Source: an uncultured Chitinophagales bacterium (lineage in GTDB: Bacteria > Bacteroidota > Ignavibacteria > UBA10030 > UBA6906). From it: 27,467 nt of DNA. The DNA is taken from positions 1 to 27,467 of the forward strand of contig CAYHRX010000001.1 of the NCBI GenBank assembly GCA_964359075.1, written 5' to 3'. Each line of letters opens with the position of its first letter. The first letter of the stretch is position 1. Under the pieces are notes generated by a model. That model did no database searches and was not told the origin of the DNA. It was given only the letters and a program-made list of their open reading frames with translations. Shown here piece after piece: positions 21,794 to 27,467 of the stretch. A program made the position numbers and the translations under genes.

Positions 21794-21809
21794 TGGCATA
21801 CCTCTTGAG
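21794..21809 (+). promoter_or_regulatory. Putative sigma54-type promoter for the kinase-activator operon
   Basis: Plus strand TGGCAT-ACCTC-TTGAG, matching the 14096-14111 site at 14 of 16 positions. Confidence 0.65.
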
Positions 21810-21919
21810 TTAGATCTATTAGTCAAAGCCTTGCGCGCGAAGTGTCCAGATCTGATGTCGGGGCGCGCGAGACGTGTTGTGCTTCAACATCTTCAGTTCA
21901 TAGACAATCGGTGACGAGC

Positions 21920-22645
21920 ATGGAACATCTTGTACATACGAGAACGGACGAGAGCGAAGTGCTCTCAAGGATTTCCCACGAACTTCGAACGCCGCTGACG
22001 TCCATCATCGGCTACGCCGAAGTTATGTTAAGCGACCCGAGGTTGTCTCCCGATCTCAAGCGCGAGTACGTGGAGATCATCAGGGACGCAGGGAAACGAT
22101 TGTCGAATTTTCTTGACAACTACTTTGACAGTACGTTCGCGGAACGCGAGAAACAACCTCGAGGTCGATCGGACGAGGACTTGTCAGTGATCGTGAAGTG
22201 GTCGGTGGACCTCGTCTCCGCCGATGCGGAGGTAAAATCCGTGTCATTCAGCTCGGCGTGCGACCAGTCTGTCATCCTCGCGAATGTCAATACTACTCAC
22301 CTTGTGCATATCCTGCAAAACATTTTGACGAACGCCATACAGCTCGCCCCAAGGGGCGGTCATGTGGAGATTCAGGTCGTGGCGGATTCCTCCTCCATCG
22401 AAATCCTCATAATCAATCGGGATTTGGGCATTCTGAGCACATCGGTGACGAGCGTTTGCCAGAACTTTAGGTGGATTCAATCCCCCGGCGTTGAGATACG
22501 CGAAAACGGGCTGGGTCTTGCATTTGCCAAACATGTTGTCGAACTTGAGGGGGGGGAACTGACCGTTCAGACAGACCATGAAGAGGGTCTGACGTTCAAA
22601 CTCGAATTTCCGAATCGGTCCACGGCCACAACCGCACACTCTTGA
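21920..22645 (+). CDS. Sensorless histidine kinase-like protein (HisKA plus degenerate HATPase_c)
   Basis: H-box SHELRTPLTSIIGYAE within ~20 aa of the probable ATG (21920); N-box LQNILTNAI; G1 region reads IINRDLGI, F-box VCQNF, G2 ENGLGL. The ORF track extends to a GTG at 21842. Confidence 0.85.
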   Translation: MEHLVHTRTDESEVLSRISHELRTPLTSIIGYAEVMLSDPRLSPDLKREYVEIIRDAGKRLSNFLDNYFDSTFAEREKQPRGRSDEDLSVIVKWSVDLVSADAEVKSVSFSSACDQSVILANVNTTHLVHILQNILTNAIQLAPRGGHVEIQVVADSSSIEILIINRDLGILSTSVTSVCQNFRWIQSPGVEIRENGLGLAFAKHVVELEGGELTVQTDHEEGLTFKLEFPNRSTATTAHS

Positions 22646-22661
22646 TTTTAAGAATCTCAGC

Positions 22662-24047
22662 ATGACATCCGAACGACTTATCTACATCGTTGACGACGAG
22701 GACACAATCGCGCGTCTTCTCGAGCATTGGGTCACGAAAAAGTGGGGCTATCAATCGCGATTATTCGTCACAGGCGAAGCGTGCCTGGAAAACCTAACCA
22801 CGGTACCCGACGTCATTCTCCTCGACATCATGCTTCCGGGCATCGGCGGCGTTGATACGCTGAAGGAGATCAAAAATCGTTTTCCTGATCTCCCGGTGAT
22901 AATGCTTTCTGCCCAGGGTAAAATCGATGTTGCGATCGAGACGCTCAAACTTGGCGCAACAGACTACTTTACAAAACCTGTGGATTTTTCCAAGCTGGAA
23001 GTGAGTGTCAAGAATGCCATCCAGACACACGACCTCGCACGCGAAGTCACCCGACTGCGGGAAGCTGTCGAAAAACCGGTCCACTTCGAAAACATCATTA
23101 CCGATAACGGCGCAATGCAGGAGGTCTTCAAGCTCGTGCAGAAGGTGAAAGACAGCGACATCTGCGTGCTTGTGCTGGGAGAGAGCGGAACGGGAAAAGA
23201 ATTGATCGCGCGAGCGATTCACTACAATGGTAATCGGAAGAATCAACCGTTTGTGGTTGTCAACTGCGCATCAATTCCAAGAGATTTGCTGGAGAGCGAG
23301 CTGTTCGGCCACGAAAAAGGTTCGTTTACCGGTGCGTATCAACGGCGCATCGGCAAGTTCGAACAAGCGATCGGGGGCACACTGTTTCTTGACGAAATTG
23401 GCGAGCTCGATCTCAGCCTTCAGGCTAAGCTGCTCCGCGTCATCCAGAGCAAGCAGTTTGAGCGTGTCGGAGGAAACGAGACGTTGACGACGGATGTTCG
23501 GCTTGTCTCGGCAACCAACAGAGATATTGTGAAAGCCGTCGCTCAAAAGCAGTTCCGCGAGGACCTCTATTTCCGGCTGGCCACGTTCCCGATCCTCATT
23601 CCACCGTTGCGCGACCGACGATCCGATATTCTGCTTTTGTCAGAACATTTCCTTAAGCGCTTCTCGCAAGAGCTTTCGAAGCCAAGCATGGGTTTTTCAA
23701 AGAAAGCGCTCAAGCTCATGTACGACTATGCGTGGCCTGGCAACGTTCGTGAACTGGAGAATGCTATCCAGCGTGCCACCCTTATGTCGGACGGCAACAG
23801 CATCACGGAGAAAGACCTTCCCCTGGCTGTGTTGACCTTTGGTTCACAAGACGACGCCGGTTCAGGCTCGCCTCTTACTATCGGCGTAGAAGCCATCAAG
23901 CCACTCGAAAAGATCAAAGAAGAAACGATTCGCGAGGCACTGAAGGTTACAGAAGGAAATATTGTTGAGGCTGCGAGAAGGTTGAAGATCGGGCGTGCGA
24001 CGATGTATCGATCGATGAAGAAGTACAAGATCACCGAGCAGAAGTAG
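22662..24047 (+). CDS. NtrC-family sigma54-dependent response regulator (REC, AAA+, Fis-type HTH)
   Basis: IYIVDDE and LLDIMLPG receiver; Walker A GESGTGKE; ESELFGHEKGSFTGA (GAFTGA-loop variant); Walker B LFLDEIGEL; FREDLYFRL; WPGNVRELEN; GNIVEAARRLKIGRATMYR HTH. Confidence 0.97.
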   Translation: MTSERLIYIVDDEDTIARLLEHWVTKKWGYQSRLFVTGEACLENLTTVPDVILLDIMLPGIGGVDTLKEIKNRFPDLPVIMLSAQGKIDVAIETLKLGATDYFTKPVDFSKLEVSVKNAIQTHDLAREVTRLREAVEKPVHFENIITDNGAMQEVFKLVQKVKDSDICVLVLGESGTGKELIARAIHYNGNRKNQPFVVVNCASIPRDLLESELFGHEKGSFTGAYQRRIGKFEQAIGGTLFLDEIGELDLSLQAKLLRVIQSKQFERVGGNETLTTDVRLVSATNRDIVKAVAQKQFREDLYFRLATFPILIPPLRDRRSDILLLSEHFLKRFSQELSKPSMGFSKKALKLMYDYAWPGNVRELENAIQRATLMSDGNSITEKDLPLAVLTFGSQDDAGSGSPLTIGVEAIKPLEKIKEETIREALKVTEGNIVEAARRLKIGRATMYRSMKKYKITEQK

Positions 24048-24080
24048 AAACCACCTGTTCAGCGCCAGGTAGCCCCCCCA

Positions 24081-24770
24081 CTAGGATTCCTTCGGTGTTT
24101 GATCCCCCGCTCCAAGGCTTGTAATTCCGTGCTCGATGGCATATCGAACAAGGTTCGCCAAGTCGTGGATATTGAGTTTCTGCATGATATTCGTTCGGTG
24201 CGTGTCAACCGTGCGCGGGCTAATGCAGAGATGATCAGCAATCTGCTGGTTGGTAAGCCCCTTCGCCACGAGTCCGAGGATCTCCTTCTCCCTTCTCGTG
24301 AGGGGAATATCTCCGGCCTTTGACGACGCTTCCCCTCCTTCCATCCGCCGGACATAGCTTTCCGCCATGATCTCAGAGACGCGAGGGCTAAAGAACTTCT
24401 CCCCTTTCGCCACAGCTCGGATCGCTGCTGAGAGCTCTTCCTTCCCAGCGCTCTTCAAAACATAGCCGCCAGCTCCCGATTTGAGTATCTGGTAGACGTA
24501 CTCTTCGTTTTCGTGCATCGTCAGAACCAGAACTCTGACTTCGGGATACTTCTTCGTTATGATCTTGGTTGCTTCTATCCCGGAGAGCTTCGGCATCGAC
24601 AGATCCATGACCACGACATCCGGCTCGAGATCTTTCGTTTTCTCGACGGCTTCCTCGCCGTCCTGAGCTTCCCCGACAATCTCAAAGTCTTTGTAGGTCT
24701 GGAGTAGCGTAGCGATGCCGCTCCGGATGAGCGTGTGGTCATCAGCGAGCAGTATGCGAATCTTATCCAT
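24081..24770 (-). CDS. NarL/LuxR-family response regulator
   Basis: ILLADDH and VVMDLSMP receiver; LTRREKEILGLVAKGLTNQQIADHLCISPRTVDTHRTNIMQKL LuxR HTH; overlaps the upstream kinase by 8 nt. Confidence 0.97.
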   Translation of the reverse strand: MDKIRILLADDHTLIRSGIATLLQTYKDFEIVGEAQDGEEAVEKTKDLEPDVVVMDLSMPKLSGIEATKIITKKYPEVRVLVLTMHENEEYVYQILKSGAGGYVLKSAGKEELSAAIRAVAKGEKFFSPRVSEIMAESYVRRMEGGEASSKAGDIPLTRREKEILGLVAKGLTNQQIADHLCISPRTVDTHRTNIMQKLNIHDLANLVRYAIEHGITSLGAGDQTPKES

Positions 24771-27447
24771 TGTCGTGTGAGTCCGTCAAAGGAACCTCAA
24801 TGATAATTTCCGTCCCCCGGCCCGGGCTCGAGTCAAGAGTGAAGATTCCGTTGAACGACGCTGCCCGTTCACGCATACTGACCAATCCCATGCCGTGGCG
24901 CTTCCCGCTTCGGGGGTCAGGGCGATGTACACGAAATCCCTCTCCGTCATCCTCGATCATCAGCCTGATGCTCTTCGGGCTTCCGATTAGCTGCACGTTG
25001 ACCTCCCGGGCCGCAGCGTGCTTGGCGACATTGTTCAGCGCCTCTTGAGCGATCCGATAGAGTCCGATTTCCATCGTGGGATCGAGCCGACTGTTAATGC
25101 CGCTGGTGTGAACGTAAACCTTCAGGTTGTTTCGTTTCGAAAACTGCTCACAGAGCAGCTGCAGGGCAGGGACCAGCCCAAAATCCACCAAGACGCTCGG
25201 CATAAGATTGTACGAGATTTCCCTTGCTTCCGCCATCGCGTTATCAAGAAGCGACTTGATATCGCCAATCCGACGGCGATTCTCTTCATCCTGCAAGTCC
25301 GCTGCATCTTCAAGTATCTCAATATTGAATTTGATCGCGGTGAGCATTTGTCCCAGGCTGTCGTGAATTTCGCGGGCAATGCGCCGGCGCTCTTCCTCCT
25401 GCGCTTTCGCGCGGGCACCAGACAGGAGTTCCAGCTCACGTTCCCGGGCAAGGAGGTTATCATACAGCTGTGCATTTGCCAGCGCGATGGATGACTTCTC
25501 AGCAAGAGAACTCAGCAATCGGATTTCCCGTGGGGAGAAGTCGTGATGCTGTCTGTATCCCACAACGAGCTGTCCCCGAATCTCATGATCGACGATCAGC
25601 GGGAATCTTACCGCCGAGACGATCCTCTCCTCCTGGAACGGAGGGAATTCTTCGATCGGAAGCTCAGGATTCGAGCCGAAATCGTTCATGACGAATGGCT
25701 CGCGTTTCTGGACAATGCTCCAATGAACCTTCCCAAGCTGGAACGGCTCTTCACTGAGCGGAACATGATTTCCCTTCACCGCCCGCCACCGCACCTGATT
25801 CGCCGCGAGGTCCACCATCATTACACCTGTCCAGTCTGATCGTGTGAGCATCTTTGCCTGGAAACAAATTGTGTTCAGTACCGTCTGCAGGTGGACGCTG
25901 GAAACGAGTTGTCGGTCAATGGTGCTGAGCGTTTCTTGTTCCCAGAGCCAGAGGGCAAGCTCGCGCTCCAGCAGCTTCCGTTCCGTGATATCCCGGAACG
26001 AAGCCTGGATAGCAGGCTTGCCGTTCCGCGGAACGAGTCTTGCGTTCACCTCGAGGTCAATGCTTTTCCCCTGCTTGGTCACGCCTTTGATCTCATAGTT
26101 GCGAAGGATATCCTCGCCGATCAGGTGATGCTGGTTCTCATCCAGCGTAAAGAATCGACTCGACGGAGCAATCGTTTGAGAGAAACTGAGTTGTTTCATC
26201 TCGTCAGCGGAACCATACCCGAAAATCTTGACCGCGGAAGGGTTCACAAACTCGAGCCGTCCATCCTGAATGATGACAATACCATCAAGGGAACTCTCCA
26301 CGATGTTTTGATACTTTTCTTGAGACTCCTCGAACTTCCGCGCGAGCTCTCTGCTCTCGGTTATATCGTGGTGAATGCTTATGCATTCGAGGAGCTTTCC
26401 CGCCTCATCAACCACGGGGGAAATGATCAACATCGTATAGACCCTCTCGCCCCCCTGTTTTTCTATCTCTACCTCACCAGACCACGCTTGCCCGAGCGAA
26501 ACCGTTTCGGATACCATTGCCCAAAAGCTTCCCTGCGCCGTGTCCTGGTGCAACGGCTTGACATTCTCGAAGGATGGTCGCCCAATTAATTCCCCCATCG
26601 GTGCGCCAAACCACCGCTCGAACGCTGGATTGACATAACGTGTCACCCCTGACTTGTCGACAACTTGAATCGGATTCATGGAGTATTCCAGCAACGTCTC
26701 GTAGCGACGGGTTCGCTCTTCAAATTGACGCCCTCGCTTCGTCAAGACCACCGCGAGCGTGACTCCGACGCCGAGCAAGAAGAAGGCAATGAAGAATCCT
26801 CGATAGGTGATCTGCTCAACATACGAATGCGAATTGCGCACTTGCATCATATCCTCAGCTAACTCAGCGCGAAGAACCTCGTCAAGCCGAGCGCGCATCA
26901 ACTTGAAGAAGTTGTTGGCGTCCGGCAAGAAGGTCTCCTCTTGTTGGCCCACGCTAGACTTTCCTCTTGGCTGTGGCGGAGGAACGGACGTTAAGCTTGA
27001 CCTGGATGACGCCTGCCCTCCGGGCTTGAACACGTTCTCAGAGAGCTCTACGAGCTCGTTACAACTCTGCCAGAGATATTCGAATTTTTCACGCAACAAT
27101 TGCCTTGCATCGTCTGGGGCTAAAACAAGAAGGGCTTGGTAGGTGGAACGAAGGGAGTCGAGTGACTTCGCCAAATCCGTGTACGTGGCGTAAAGGTGGC
27201 CTCGCTTCGAAGGATGCGTGAATGCCTCCTGTGCGACGTAGAACAGGCTGACGGAGTGGTCGTAGGCCGAAAGGACAACGGTATCGCGAGCCGTTGCGGC
27301 GGCGAAATCTCTGTTCGTTCTCTCGGTAGAATCTAGAAACTCAGAAAGTAAATAGCCTAGGCCGACAAACGTGGGGAAAAGAATAACGGCAAGAACGGCA
27401 ACAAGGTTTCGCTGGGACCGACTGAACTTCACCGACCCCAACGACAT
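24763..27447 (-). CDS. Membrane sensor histidine kinase (2 TM, PAS, PAS, GAF, HisKA_3, HATPase_c)
   Basis: Two hydrophobic helices flanking a ~170-aa periplasmic region; two PAS motifs (YVNPAF...HHDITE; FVNPSA...FRDITE); GAF; EEERRRIAREIHDSLGQML; IAQEALNNVAKHA, EDDGEGF, HGMGLVSMRER. Confidence 0.95.
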   Translation of the reverse strand: MSLGSVKFSRSQRNLVAVLAVILFPTFVGLGYLLSEFLDSTERTNRDFAAATARDTVVLSAYDHSVSLFYVAQEAFTHPSKRGHLYATYTDLAKSLDSLRSTYQALLVLAPDDARQLLREKFEYLWQSCNELVELSENVFKPGGQASSRSSLTSVPPPQPRGKSSVGQQEETFLPDANNFFKLMRARLDEVLRAELAEDMMQVRNSHSYVEQITYRGFFIAFFLLGVGVTLAVVLTKRGRQFEERTRRYETLLEYSMNPIQVVDKSGVTRYVNPAFERWFGAPMGELIGRPSFENVKPLHQDTAQGSFWAMVSETVSLGQAWSGEVEIEKQGGERVYTMLIISPVVDEAGKLLECISIHHDITESRELARKFEESQEKYQNIVESSLDGIVIIQDGRLEFVNPSAVKIFGYGSADEMKQLSFSQTIAPSSRFFTLDENQHHLIGEDILRNYEIKGVTKQGKSIDLEVNARLVPRNGKPAIQASFRDITERKLLERELALWLWEQETLSTIDRQLVSSVHLQTVLNTICFQAKMLTRSDWTGVMMVDLAANQVRWRAVKGNHVPLSEEPFQLGKVHWSIVQKREPFVMNDFGSNPELPIEEFPPFQEERIVSAVRFPLIVDHEIRGQLVVGYRQHHDFSPREIRLLSSLAEKSSIALANAQLYDNLLARERELELLSGARAKAQEEERRRIAREIHDSLGQMLTAIKFNIEILEDAADLQDEENRRRIGDIKSLLDNAMAEAREISYNLMPSVLVDFGLVPALQLLCEQFSKRNNLKVYVHTSGINSRLDPTMEIGLYRIAQEALNNVAKHAAAREVNVQLIGSPKSIRLMIEDDGEGFRVHRPDPRSGKRHGMGLVSMRERAASFNGIFTLDSSPGRGTEIIIEVPLTDSHDNG

Positions 27448-27467
27448 CTTCTTCGCGTCGGCCCTAT

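Noticed and set aside
20540-21919. Invertible promoter switch (fimS-like)
   Set aside because: No flanking inverted repeats around the promoters that I could find, and no recombinase in the window.
24054-24072. Bidirectional terminator between the convergent regulators
   Set aside because: Only a 5-bp stem (acctg/caggt) with no T-tracts.
25018-26589. Plus-strand ORFs (158 aa, 232 aa) opposite the sensor kinase
   Set aside because: Antisense shadows of a well-supported kinase gene.
1-27467. Mobile element, prophage, tRNA or rRNA
   Set aside because: No transposase, integrase, phage gene, terminal repeats or structural RNA signatures seen.

Overview
A 27.5-kb locus for a cell-surface appendage and its regulation, with no sign of a mobile element. 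The minus strand, read right to left, carries: two almost identical secreted pilin-like genes, three more pilin-like genes, a two-Ig-domain chaperone-like protein, a 1030-aa usher-like outer-membrane protein ending in a SPOR-like domain, another pilin-like gene plus a degenerate relative, two stand-alone receiver proteins, and a 3814-aa repeat-rich secreted adhesin-like protein with no recognisable anchor or sorting domain. At the right end are a sensorless, degenerate histidine kinase and an NtrC-family sigma54 activator (plus strand), converging on a PAS-PAS-GAF sensor kinase and NarL-type regulator (minus strand). Four intergenic sites match TGGCA(C/T)-N5-TTGA, a sigma54-type promoter with a variant -12 box, and a fifth has only the -24 box. 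Palindromic sites resembling TCTCA-N3-TGAGA, often paired at a 19-bp period, lie upstream of them. Best interpretation (inference): an atypical chaperone-usher-like fimbrial system with a giant adhesin under a sigma54 phosphorelay, probably from an FCB-group bacterium (Ignavibacteria/Bacteroidota-like, judged only from protein style). All domain calls are by eye; no database searches were run.
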